Shown: positions 45,272 through 56,989 of the stretch, in pieces
Layout of the letters: each line of letters starts with the position of its first letter
How positions within the stretch are numbered: the first letter of the stretch is position 1
Assembly: GCA_963693365.1 (NCBI GenBank)
Contig: CAVNZM010000016.1
Coordinates: forward strand, 7,051,029-7,115,028
Direction: 5' to 3'
Origin: Amoebidium appalachense
Taxonomy: Eukaryota > Protista > Ichthyosporea
DNA: 64,000 nucleotides
The notes under the pieces: model-generated
Seen by the model: the letters and a program-made list of their open reading frames with translations, nothing else
Databases searched by the model: none
Told to the model about the DNA's origin: nothing
Program-made: the position numbers and the translations under genes

Positions 45272-47266
45272 TGGAGGAGGAGGGGGATATGGATTGAACA
45301 GAATAGAATAAGACAAGGAGAAGAGGGCTTCCGGGGGAGGGGGGAGGGGGGCGGGTAGGGAGGCTGGTTACCAAATAGACCAACTTATGATGGTCTGTTG
45401 TGTTCCACGGGTACCAATATTCCGCCTCATAGTATCCGGGAGACATATCCATGGATAGACTGGCTGCCCGCATGTATGGTTTAGCCCAGCTCGCCGCTTG
45501 TATATCACGTCCCATGAGATATCCTGATTTTCACTTGTAGAAGTTATGACAAAGCCGTAACCTTCAAACATTGACATGTACCTTGGGGGGGATGCTATCC
45601 CAATTTCCGGGTGATCGGGTAGGGGTCCATCGGCATCGGTCAAACGAACCCCCCAAATTTCGTCGGATTGTTTAAAGTCAGGAAATGGGGCCTCGGCAGA
45701 GAAACGACCTGTGAATGTGTTCGTAAATTTCAATGTAGGATTATGACGGTTTTTACAAAATAGTTTACCCAGGGTAGATATGCAAGACAAATCTACGTAC
45801 ATAAGATCAGGCAGGTAGCATATGTTAGATATGTATTCGTAAACTTTGAAAACAGCCGATATGCCAGAAGTGCCGTAAGTTATCCCTTTTTTTTCAAGCC
45901 AGGCATAAGCAGAAAACCAAGGCATGAAAAACGATGAGCATGAAATGGTTCGAGGAATGTATCTATGCATTAAAAGTTTTGAGTTATGGAAGGGGAGACA
46001 CCAAAAGACAAACGAAAAAACGTACCCAGTGGGTATGACGGGCGGGCAGGCGCGCGGGCGGGAGGACGGGCGGGGGGGGGGGGGGGGGGGGGGGGAGGGG
46101 GGGAGGGGGGGGGGAGGGGGGGAGGGGGGGGGGAGGGGGGGGGAAGGGGGGGAAGGAGGGGATGGGGGGGATGGGGGATGGGGGATACCATCGGGCCTAT
46201 TTGTCTCGGGCCAAGTGTTTTCCCACTTGCTGCTTTGCTGCTGTGCTGACGGCGGGAGCCAATCATCAATAACATTATATTTGCCAGCTGCCCAAAGGTT
46301 TTGTTGATATATTCGATAAATTTCGGGGATGTCATATCACACCGATATCCCGTGTCCTGCGCGTTGCCGGTCTTTGTGAAGTAGGTGGGAACATAGTCGG
46401 GCACGGCTGTCAGAAGAAGCGACCATTCACCGTTCCGGTTGGATGGATAGGCCAGCTTTTTTTACCTTCCTGTTTTTATAAAAAACAATTAATAATTATT
46501 TAAAAATCAAATCTTGTGTGTGAAGTACTGTCTGCATCATGGGAATCCTAAAGCTGGTCAGCAGTTAGGGCAACCTATAAAAAGGGTTTAAAAACTTTTG
46601 AAACGCAGGCTATTGCATCGACACAATCCCGGCTTTCTTTACCAGAATTTGGGTTTTTTATTAAACAATCGGATTGTCTTTCTCAAATAACCGGATTATC
46701 CAGATTATTTGTGGATAATCTGGTGTGCTGGGCATCAGAGAGTGGTGATGAAAATGATTTCCGACAAAGATGAAAAAAGCTGGTGCGCGTGTATCTGCGT
46801 CTGTGTGTGTGTGCGTGTGCATGTGTGCGTGTCTGTGTGTGTTTGTGATAAAATCAAAAAGGGAGAGGGGAGGGGGGGGGGGGGGGGGGGGCAGGAAGTT
46901 AGGCAGAGAAGGAGAGTGGGGGTGAGTAGGGGGGGGAGGGCGGGGGGGGGGAGTGGTGTGGTTCAATGGCAGCCCCAAGGCTCCATTCAGCACTTGCGTT
47001 TTGGGATTGCATGTCGATATCATCGATCGTGGTGAGGACTGGGGGGGCTGTTTATCATGGTTGGTTTTCAATGTCATTTTTTCGTGGTTGTGGTGGTGGT
47101 TGTGGTGGTGGTTTTTTTTTTTTTTTTTTTGGGGGGGGGGGGGGGGGGAGGGGGGGGATGTATGCGTTAGAGGGTTGGAAACATGGAGGAGACAACAAAG
47201 AGCAAAAGCAAAGCGTCACAAGAACGAGAAGCGTGCAGGCAGAAGACACTTGAACAGAGCCCATCA
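40733..47266 (-). pseudogene. class C (GABA-B-like, 7tm_3) GPCR with solute-binding-protein-like ectodomain, disrupted
   Basis: Signal-peptide-like start MMGSVQVSSACTLLVLVTLCFCSLL (about 47266). Ectodomain exons at about 46467-46189, 45962-45372 and 44618-44487. TM exons: 44005-43688 (GIGLSFSSLLAKLARIY), 42832-42633 (NILLVFGACAISILIYKVPNQYQEAKVIAVVVY), 42291-41980 (VAVCVMFVPKL). Terminal coiled-coil exon 41037-40733. Lesions: in-frame TGA at 40853-40855, frameshift near 45500, frameshifting junction near 43920 with TM1-TM2 absent, and no usable donors after the first exons. Confidence 0.75.
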
Positions 47267-49756
47267 TTAGGGGGGTTCCTATGCCTCCACAAAAGCATGG
47301 GTTTCGACTCTTTAACCTCTCCCGCGTGGCTCCCAACCCATACTTTGTTTCAACAGCAATAGGCGAGTCCACCCGTCTTGGCCAAAGACGAAAAGGGTTG
47401 CTCGAGGAGCAGCAATCTAAGAACACAGAGTCTACAAATTCTGCAAGCAGACAAGAACAAAGAAAACTCCCTCCGCTTTATCTTATTTCCCCCCAGTCGC
47501 GGTAGCCAGGGAATTCTTTTTGTTTGTAAAATCTTATGGGGGAATCGGAGGGAGCAGGAGTTACAAAAAGGGTGGCCCGAGACGGGTGGAGTCTCGTGGA
47601 CGCGAGAGTGTGTTTGTGTGTGCGAGAAGGACAAGGTGTGGGGTTGCAAGAGGGGGGGGGGGGGGGGGGGGGAAGAAGGAGGGGAGAGGGGAGGGGGGGT
47701 GTCAATTGGCTGATTTCGGCATTATACAGGTCGTAACCAGATCGCAGTCGATCTGATTGTTTGATAAGAAGACAAAGATTTAGATCACAATGCAAGAGCT
47801 TTAATGGTGATCGATGATTGGCCAGACACGGTGCTACACAGGTGCATTATAAAAACCCTTGTTTGCATTGCACTACTAAGTGTAGTCGCTGTGCGTGCAT
47901 AAGATTCTCGACTTTCCTGCATGTGGGAGGGCTCCGGGGGAGGGGAGGGGGAGGGGGGAGGGGAGGACTGGGAGGATGGGAGGGGGGGGGGGGGGGGGGG
48001 GGGGGGGAAGTGGGGGGAGGGGGACAACCATATTTCTATTTAGAGGGCGAGTATGGCCGTCCTTGCAACCTTACGGGCACAGCCAGGGCGCCGGCTTGGG
48101 GGGGGGTGGGTAAGTAATTATATAGGTACAATGCTTGCACTGACATTTCGAACCAATCAGCGCAAAGCTAGATCTTGGCAGTCATATGATTGGCCAGCCG
48201 TGGTGTAATATATGAAGGATTTTTTTGCCTTGCTCAGAGTAATGACTGTTAGAGTCGAACCACCAATCAACAATCGTATCCCAAAGACATGCCTTGTGCC
48301 GATTGGTGCACAGTGTCGGTGAAAGCATTACAGGTACGCAGGTATGAAGGCATGTAGGTATGTCGGAATTGTAGGCATGTACATAGGTATGCAGGCTTGT
48401 AGAAATATGTGTATATATGAAGGTATGCAGGTGTGTTATGTAGGTATGTAGGTAGGCATGTAGGTATGTAGGTAGGTAGATATGCAGGCATTTAGGTATG
48501 TAAACATGTACATAGGTAGGTAGGTGGGTAGGTGAGTAGGTGGGTGGGCGGCTGGATGATGTCACGGGGAAGCGGGGGGAGAAGGCGGTGGTGGTGGTGG
48601 CGGTGGTGGGGGGCGGGGGGAAAGGCGTGAGGGAATCACAGAAGCCCTACCAAGAGTACTTATGTGCCGCACCTAACCCCCCCCCTCCCTCCCCCCTCCT
48701 CCCTCCCCCCCCCCCCCCCTCCTTCCACCCCTGACTGCTCCACGCTCCGTGCCCCTTCCGAGCTTCTGTGGTCTCGAACATGCGTCACTAGGGCCTACCC
48801 CCTCCCCTCCCCCCACCCACCCAATCCCCAACTTCCTTCCCGCAGCCCCGCCCCCTCCCCCTCCTTTTTGCCTCCCCCCCCCCCCCCCCCCCCCACCCCC
48901 TCTTTCCCGCAGGTCACAGGGCCGGGAGGGTTGCACAACATCGTGTCCCCAGACTCACAAAGCAAGCCACAATGTGGGGGTTCTGGTTTCTAATCCGTGC
49001 AACATCGGATATGGTGATTGGCTTAAAATGACCCTGTCTCCTCCTTTAGGCCAAATTTCATCGATGTGCCTTCTATAGATCCAACCTTCTGTCCCCACTC
49101 ACTTAATGCCCCCTGCCCCCTTCCCCCTCCCCCCCCCTCCCCCCCCCCCCCCCCTTGCCCGCCCCTCCCCCCTTTACCCCCCCTTCCCCCCCCGGGTGTC
49201 CTCACGTACAGGGGCTTATAAGGGGGACTGCAAAATTAGGTTTAGAAATCGGTGGTTGCATGACATGCTAAAACCTGGGCAACAAGTAAAACCGAGTGAA
49301 ACAGACTAATTCCTAGCCTTAATCGGCATCCTACACACTAACAAAGTGATCGAGTCATATCCCGATTTGCACAACCATATGAATCACATGGGAGCATGTG
49401 TAAATATATCCCCCACGTGCCAATATTGCCTAGACGGCACAAAAAAAAATCCATGTGACCCCCCCCCCCCCCCCCCCCCTCCTCCTCCTCCTCCTCCCCC
49501 TCCCCGCGCCTCCTCCTCCCCCCCCCCCCCCCCCCGCCCCCAATCCCCACCGCCCCCCTCACACACACACACACACACACACACGCACGTACACCCCTCG
49601 CCCTCCCCCCCAGTCATTAGCCACCCTAACGCTTTTTGGAAAGGGCATAAAAATCACGTGATCTATCACCCCGGTGATTGGTTCTTTTTGCACAGGCAAC
49701 GCTGGCGTCTGGGCCATGACAAGTGGGGCAGGCGGTGTGTGTGCGTGTGTGTGAGT

Positions 49757-49799
<43 letters not shown>

Positions 49800-50865
49800 G
49801 GGGGAGAGAGAGAGGGGTGGGGGGGGTGGGGGGAGGGTTCCGAAGATGAGATCGAGGGGAAGAGTGTGTTGTGTGGATGCTTGAACTTCCTGTTGGCCTC
49901 GATGTGGTAATTTTTTTTTCTTTTGATTTGTCGCACACAGTTTTAATTATGGCCTAGTAATGGGTGTCTGGTTGCCAGGTGGGTGACGGGTGGGCGGGCG
50001 GGTGTGTTTGTGTGTGTGTGTGTGTGTGTAGTATGTGTAACCGGGAGGGAGGGGGAGGGGGAGGGAAGGGATGTGGTCATTACAACGCCGCCTGTCGAAT
50101 CCTCACCAATAAGAACATGACATTGGCCAGGTGGGGGTTTAAATGCAAGAACATGCCCCGTGGCCAAATTTGTGGATGTTTTAACTCACAGCCGCTGCTG
50201 GCCAGAATTTTTCTAAATTTAGTGCATCCTCACGGCTCCCTCCCCCCCACCCCCATCCTCCCCCTTCCCTCCCCCCTCCCCCCTCCCCTGTCGTTCTTTC
50301 TATTGGTGATATCCCTCCCCCCGACCCTCCTCCCGGCCCTCCTCCCGGCCCTCTCCCCCCTCTCCCCCCAGCCCCCTTTAAATTTCTTCCCGGATCCCTC
50401 CCCCCAGCCCCCCCCCTCCCTTCCCCTCCCTTCCTGGCCCTCGCCCCACACCCTCCCCCCCTCCCCCCCCAACCCCGTGACCCTCGCTAGGCTTCCCCCC
50501 CACCTCCCTCTCCCTACTCCTCCTCCCCCTATCCCCTATTCCTCCCCCTCCCCCCCCCCCCCCCCCCCCCCGCCCTCCTCCTCCTACCTTCCTCCCCCCC
50601 CCCCCCCCCCCCCCCCCCCCCCGCCTTTCCTTTCCCCCCCTCACCCTCCCCTCTATCCCCTCTCCACCCTTATCCCTCCTCCCCCCCCCCCCCCCCCCCC
50701 TCCCCCCCTCCCCTACTACAGGGACATTAAGCATGACAGCGACTGTTCAAAAAAGGCAAGAACATGGATCGAGAGCGCATTTCGAATGGGGTTCTAATTG
50801 GCGGACAGCATCACACAGTCTCAGAACGAACGATAATAGCGAAAAAATATTGTGGAGGCCACCAG

Positions 50866-51260
50866 TGCATATCTCTTGGTATATTTATTGGGTATTGCAT
50901 ATCTCTTGGTATATCTATTGGGTAGTGAATGTCTCTAGGTATATCTATTGGATAGCGCAGACCTCTTGGTATATCTATTGGATAGTCCAGATCTCTAGGT
51001 ATATCTATTCGATAGTGCAGATCTCTAGGTAAATCTATTGGATAGCGCAGATCTCTAGGTATATCTATTGGACAGCGCAGATCTCTAGGTATATCTATTG
51101 GATAGCGCAGATCTCTAGGTATAATCTATCGAATAGTGCAGATCTCTAGGTATATCTATTGGATAGCGCAGATCTCTATGTATATCTATTGGACAGCGCA
51201 GATCTCTAGGTATGTCTATATGGTATGTAGTGCATATCTCTAGGCATATTCATTGGGTAT
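50866..51260. repeat. 30-bp minisatellite, about 13 copies
   Basis: The unit gcagatctctaggtatatctattggatagc is repeated in tandem, degenerate at both ends. Confidence 0.95.
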
Positions 51261-51955
51261 ACGAGTACGTAGTGCATAATCATTTATTTTGTCTATTAGG
51301 TAGTGCCTATCTCTTAGTATATCTGTTGTGTTATGATCTTCTAGGCGGAGCCAATTGAGTTATAGTTCAAGCACAAATATCTCACGGAATTAACTAATAT
51401 TATAACGACCGTTTGACCTTCCCGTAATCTGGCCCAGTGACTAATCACTGACTATGCAACCCGCGGAGATTTGCATAGCGAAATCAAAAGCCGAAACGCG
51501 CATAAAACCAAGCAGCATAGAAGAATATTAACGTGTGGAGGTGTTTGTGTCAAAAAATATAAAAAGTTTAAGTCTAAAATTGATTCAGAACAAAGTATTA
51601 GAGGGCAAAAAGGGAGGTAAGCAGCCGCTACGTGTGGCTGTAGGTGTCAGGGTATGAACTAATGCAACCCTGAGTCAAAAAGGACCGTTCTCGGCTACAT
51701 GCCATGGCGCTCGGGTATGACTATTGGTCTAGCAAAAATAATAAAACATCGTAAAAAATCCATTTTTTTACTTTTCGATAAATGCTATGATAAAAATCAC
51801 AATGTGCCCGATGCCGATTTCGCCTCCTTTCGATAGTACGTACGACGAATGAACTTGGAGAATTGGACGCCATAAGTAAATATATCAACCAATGAACACC
51901 TTTTGACGCATCAAGTAAATATATCCAACTATGCATGTGACGAGGATGGACAGTT

Positions 51956-51956
<1 letters not shown>

Positions 51957-52023
<67 letters not shown>

Positions 52024-52028
52024 CGTGC

Positions 52029-52125
<97 letters not shown>

Positions 52126-52239
52126 GTGCGTGTGTTGTGTGTGTGTGTCTGAAACAAAGCTTTCGAAAGTGTGTGGAACTTTGTTCGTGTGAATACATGC
52201 CGTACCCGGGGGTGCATCGTACGTACGCGTGTACATGTG

Positions 52240-52320
<81 letters not shown>

Positions 52321-52531
52321 GTGGTTTGTATGAGTGTGTTTGTGTGTATTATTCGTGTATCATACGGTGTGTGTGTGTATGGCACAAGTGTATGTTCGGC
52401 AGTGCACGTGACGGTGTGTGTGACGACGCCATAGAACCGAAATAATGAATTTTCAACTTAAATAAAAAATAGAACGGGGGGGGGGGTTCTATTCACTCAC
52501 ACATTCTTTCGCGCTCACGCACTCTAATCAA

Positions 52532-52598
<67 letters not shown>

Positions 52599-52834
52599 CG
52601 CACACAAACACACACACAAACATTCACACACACCCATTGTATGCACACACACACACACATTCGCCACACGTGCACACACACACACACACACAAATACACA
52701 CCCACACACACATGTACACACATACACACACACACACGCATACAAACACACACACAAACATTCACACACACCCATTGTCTTCAGACACACATTCTTTCGC
52801 GCTCCCGCACTCCAACCAACAACACAACGCACAA

Positions 52835-52883
<49 letters not shown>

Positions 52884-52905
52884 ACCACACACATTCGCAC
52901 ACACA
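51957..52905. repeat. convergent (TG)n block and (CA)n block around a ~100-bp spacer
   Basis: (TG)n-rich 51957-52420, (CA)n-rich 52534-52905. Confidence 0.8.
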
Positions 52906-53857
52906 ACCACATAAAGGCTCCCCATCAATCTTATGTTTCCCGAAAACTTTGCCATACTCATCCACTTTGACTCGTTTTAGGCGCCGGCGACAGCCGGCGC
53001 TTAGACCTCCTTGTATTTCAAATTCTAGATTTTCCTGCGCTGTGCTATGTGAATTTCAAATGATGAACGTGTCCCAGCATTCAATGATGATTGACTAACA
53101 CTGTGTGTCACACGGTGTCGTCAACCTACCTACCTCAGGTGGTTCAAAATGGTGTCGGGCGCAAACATGAATCAACTTGCGGAACTGTCGCACTGAAATT
53201 TCCATGATATGTCGCAGCCTAGTGATATGGGCAAGCCATACACTGTACTACTATATTAGCGGCTCAACTCGTGGTTTCAAAAGGAACGGTGCTCGCAATG
53301 TTTAATACGAGTATATAACATTTTGCAACAGGCTACGGGATTATTATTTCAGCAGTCTGGCCACCGCAATTTTCTATGGAAAATACATGTATATACCCGG
53401 ATTCATCATTTACGATACACGAGCAAACTATATATACATAGACGGTTAAAGGAGACTTCAGAACTCGACATCTAATGCGTTAATTTACCGTACAGGTGTT
53501 TCAGATGTAGATCGTACATTTCAGAGTATAATAGAACCTAAACTAAACTTTGACGTTAAATTTATAGGCGTTAACATTCCTTCGGCAGCCAAACTAACTC
53601 ACTAATAGCAGGCCAGCCCGAAAATGCATTAAAAATACAACTTCACTGGGCCGATTTGCAATATTCAGGGTGGAAAATTATTCTACACGCTTCAGTCTCT
53701 TCAAGTGCGCTAACTTTCAACCAATTAAATCACAGTACTAAAATTTATTTTTACAGTGCACTACGTACAACCAATTTAGTGGCGGCACTAGGTGAGGTGA
53801 CCATTCGGTTTTTCTGCGGCACCCGTAATGGTCTATTGGCCAAAATCTGGTGGAAAC

Positions 53858-53922
<65 letters not shown>

Positions 53923-54127
53923 TCGAAATAAGTCGAGGCCTAATTTAAGTAGGGTGCTAAATCGTGTGCGGGAAAAAAAGGGGAACTAAACTTCGTCTCA
54001 GAGGGAATTCTACGAACTACGCTAATTAGGCCTGACCGGGTAGCAGCAAATTGAATTTGAGTTGTTTACCGATCCACTGAATTACGAAAGTTGAAATGAA
54101 ACAGAAAACTTTTGGAGAGAAAGGGCC

Positions 54128-54161
<34 letters not shown>

Positions 54162-54335
54162 GACAGAAAGAAGCACCCGTTCGCCAAGGGGAGCTTTTCA
54201 GGGGCAAAAAAAAAAAAAAAAAAAAAAGAAGAAGAAGGAATCAACCTAGCTGCCAGTAACCTGAAACTGAGTGCAAAAAATAAACAAAATAAGAATCGTG
54301 CCCGGTATTTTAGCCAACGTCGTGAAGTAACTGCG

Positions 54336-55727
54336 CTACATGTCCGAAACGAACCGTTTCTGTTTTCGGTATGCATATATCATGCGTCGCCTCTCGTTTC
54401 TCTTATCCCTCACCTCCGTGTACATATACTGTAGCCCGTGTTTGTTGCAAAGTGTACCCGGTCCCGCCGGCCCCGACCTCCACTGAGTCTTGTCCTTTTC
54501 CGTCATCGCACACCCTCCCGGCCCATTCCACATGCACTGCCGCTGTTTTCTCGCCCGTTCCCTTTTAACCTTTTCCCCCTTTGACGACTCGTTTTGAACC
54601 CCCCCAGAATCTCCCACGTCCGAGTTTGAGTCATTACCCGACCCGGAATATTCCGATTTTTCGTCGGACTCCGGAAGCTCAGACAAATTCGGCGAATCAA
54701 CTGGTTTGGGCCGCCCTGCAGCGTTGAAAGCGCCCGGGCGGAAAGTGAAATTTGAGATATGCGGGATATTCCTGCAAGCGAAATTTCCTATTCTTCCGGG
54801 TCTACCAGGTGTTGGTGAGGTAACACTAGATGCGGGGTCAGAAATGGACCGAAATACCCGCAATAAACACGTGTCGCTAAGCGCACTGCGCCCGGATGAT
54901 GTGCAGTCAGAATCCGGGGACTGGGGCCCTAACCACGCAGGCTCTCCACCAATCACATCGTTGGCACTGTGAGGGGTTAAAAGAGGGACGGGTTCGCGGT
55001 TAAGGCTAGTAAGGTTGGGCGCCGACTGCCAGGTATTCAAGGATCGCCGGCGCTCGACGTTGATTGGTTGCAGCGCGTCCGTTGCCGCGGCGATACTTTC
55101 CATATTTGGAAAATGCAGTGATTGCAAGGTGGGTTTTTGGTCGACGGGGCCTACGGGACTGTACGCGGCACCCGATGTTACAGTACTGGGTGTGTCCCCA
55201 TCTAATAGCAATGACGTGGAGGTGTCTGCATACTGTGAATCAGTTTCGCTCGCGGCCGGCGGATCAAGTTGGACGACATGTGGTCTCGCTGCCGCGCCAA
55301 TCCGCCACCTGGAAAAGTCGGGGTCTATTTTTGGTTCTTTGTAGCCGTGCATTACGTGGTTGGCGCTACCAACAGGCGATGCCCTACCAAACGTTATATG
55401 ATCCGGGGGCTGCCGTGATGTGGAATTCGAACCAGTGCCTGTGCGGTTGCGGTGGTCCAAAACGGGTCGAATCACAGCCGGATTTCGGGTCGAGCCAGGC
55501 GAGCCGGATGATACTACAGGCTCAACGAGCGAAGACATGCCTAATGATATAATGCTAGCATGGTGTTGCTGCGGCTGATTCGAGGTGTGTGCCGAGGGGT
55601 GATGCTGGGTGGTCGCCGGGAAGCCCTGGCGGCCGGTTGCTTGCTGGTTGCTAGGGGCCTGCTGAAACACGTGGTCGAGGGAGGAAAGAAGCTCCTGTAG
55701 GTCCGACGAAAACTTCAACCCATCCAT
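54336..55727 (-). CDS. intronless GATA-type zinc-finger transcription factor (about 463 aa) with an atypical finger
   Basis: Repeat-free ORF with first in-frame ATG at 55727 (the track start at 55817 is TTG). The C-terminal QCMWNGPGGCAMTEKDKTQWRSGPAGPGTLCNKHGLQY matches the fungal/plant-type GATA core WRxGPxGxxxLCNxCGL, with basic flanks and a long S/P-rich N-terminus. Confidence 0.85.
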   Translation of the reverse strand: MDGLKFSSDLQELLSSLDHVFQQAPSNQQATGRQGFPATTQHHPSAHTSNQPQQHHASIISLGMSSLVEPVVSSGSPGSTRNPAVIRPVLDHRNRTGTGSNSTSRQPPDHITFGRASPVGSANHVMHGYKEPKIDPDFSRWRIGAAARPHVVQLDPPAASETDSQYADTSTSLLLDGDTPSTVTSGAAYSPVGPVDQKPTLQSLHFPNMESIAAATDALQPINVERRRSLNTWQSAPNLTSLNREPVPLLTPHSANDVIGGEPAWLGPQSPDSDCTSSGRSALSDTCLLRVFRSISDPASSVTSPTPGRPGRIGNFACRNIPHISNFTFRPGAFNAAGRPKPVDSPNLSELPESDEKSEYSGSGNDSNSDVGDSGGVQNESSKGEKVKRERARKQRQCMWNGPGGCAMTEKDKTQWRSGPAGPGTLCNKHGLQYMYTEVRDKRNERRRMIYAYRKQKRFVSDM

Positions 55728-56711
55728 CTCGGCGGGACGTCGGATGGGGACAATGGGCGCTGTCGGGGAACTGAGTTTCAGGGAATCACGGTGACTGACG
55801 GGGTTTCTGCATAACAATGGTTTTCACTGAAGACGTAAAGTTAAAGGTGATCACGAGGTTGAACGTTATACCGTCTGCAGGTTACGGTGCTGGGGTTGGT
55901 TCAAATAGAGGCTCCTCAGCTCAGGCCGTGGTCTGTGGAGGGAAGAGGGTCCAGCGGCCAGCATTAGTAGTGGTTATTATTATCGTGGCACCGGAGATTC
56001 ACCTCAATAGAATCACCACGACAGGCCTGAGCAACATGGATACAGGCTGTGCACGCAAGGTCGTCATCATTGAACCACCGAAAACCGTTTGATTGAAGGC
56101 TACCAGGCCTCTCTGGTTATAGCGGTTATCACATGCGGCCGTGGCTCGTCTTAACGAATGCTTCAATGAATCGGCGTGACTCTATAATTATAAGCATCAT
56201 AACAGTTGTGCAATAAGATTTCAGTACGGTGTTCCAACAGAACTTCTAGATTGGTCGACTCGCCGAGTTAGTCTGATACTTTTGTTCTCAAAGTGGCACT
56301 GATAAGCAGCTGGATCCCGGTAACCGTTGAAAAGTTTTGCTAGTCCGGCAATGACCATATATACATGGTACACTCGGTGCGAGTTATTGCGGATTGCCAG
56401 CTGAGTATGCTCAGTCGTAAAATGTCATGTCACCCAAGCAAGCACACACACGGTCTGACCGTTGGCAACCAGATGTATCCCCGGGAAAGTTTGTTTCGAT
56501 TCACTATACTATGTAGCCGCCCCCTTTAGAATGAAAACTACTACTGTGTCTTGGGGGCGCTCCGCAGTGGCACCTATTGCTATCGGATATCAGTACCAGT
56601 CACGAACGAGCCGCTGAAACATGTAAGTCAGTCTGAGACTGAGCCTTTATATTAAATTTCTCACTGACTGTCATCCGGCGTTCATCGGTGTAAGCCTCGT
56701 CGCAACTTGAA

Positions 56712-56752
<41 letters not shown>

Positions 56753-56931
56753 AAAAAGGAAAATATAACAAAAATAAAATATGAACAAATTAAGAGTAAG
56801 CTCAGTCGAGTTTAAGTGTGAAAGTTTGATCAAACTAACTGATGGGTGACGGCCCAGTGTACGGTCCATGTGCACAGCCCTGTACATGGTGCTCGAGCCT
56901 GTCCATGCGAATTGAATTCACATAGCCTATA

Positions 56932-56989
56932 AGGGGTCACCCGCAAGTTGCATATATTTGCATATATTTACAAGTTGCGGGTGACCCCT
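56932..56989. repeat. 58-bp near-perfect palindrome (miniature fold-back element)
   Basis: aggggtcacccgcaa ... ttgcgggtgacccct arms with a partly self-complementary catatattt spacer. Confidence 0.75.

Noticed and set aside
50866-51260. CRISPR-like regular 30-bp repeats (also 5677-5880 and 7146-7410)
   Set aside because: The units are contiguous with no unique spacers, there are no cas genes, and the context is eukaryotic.
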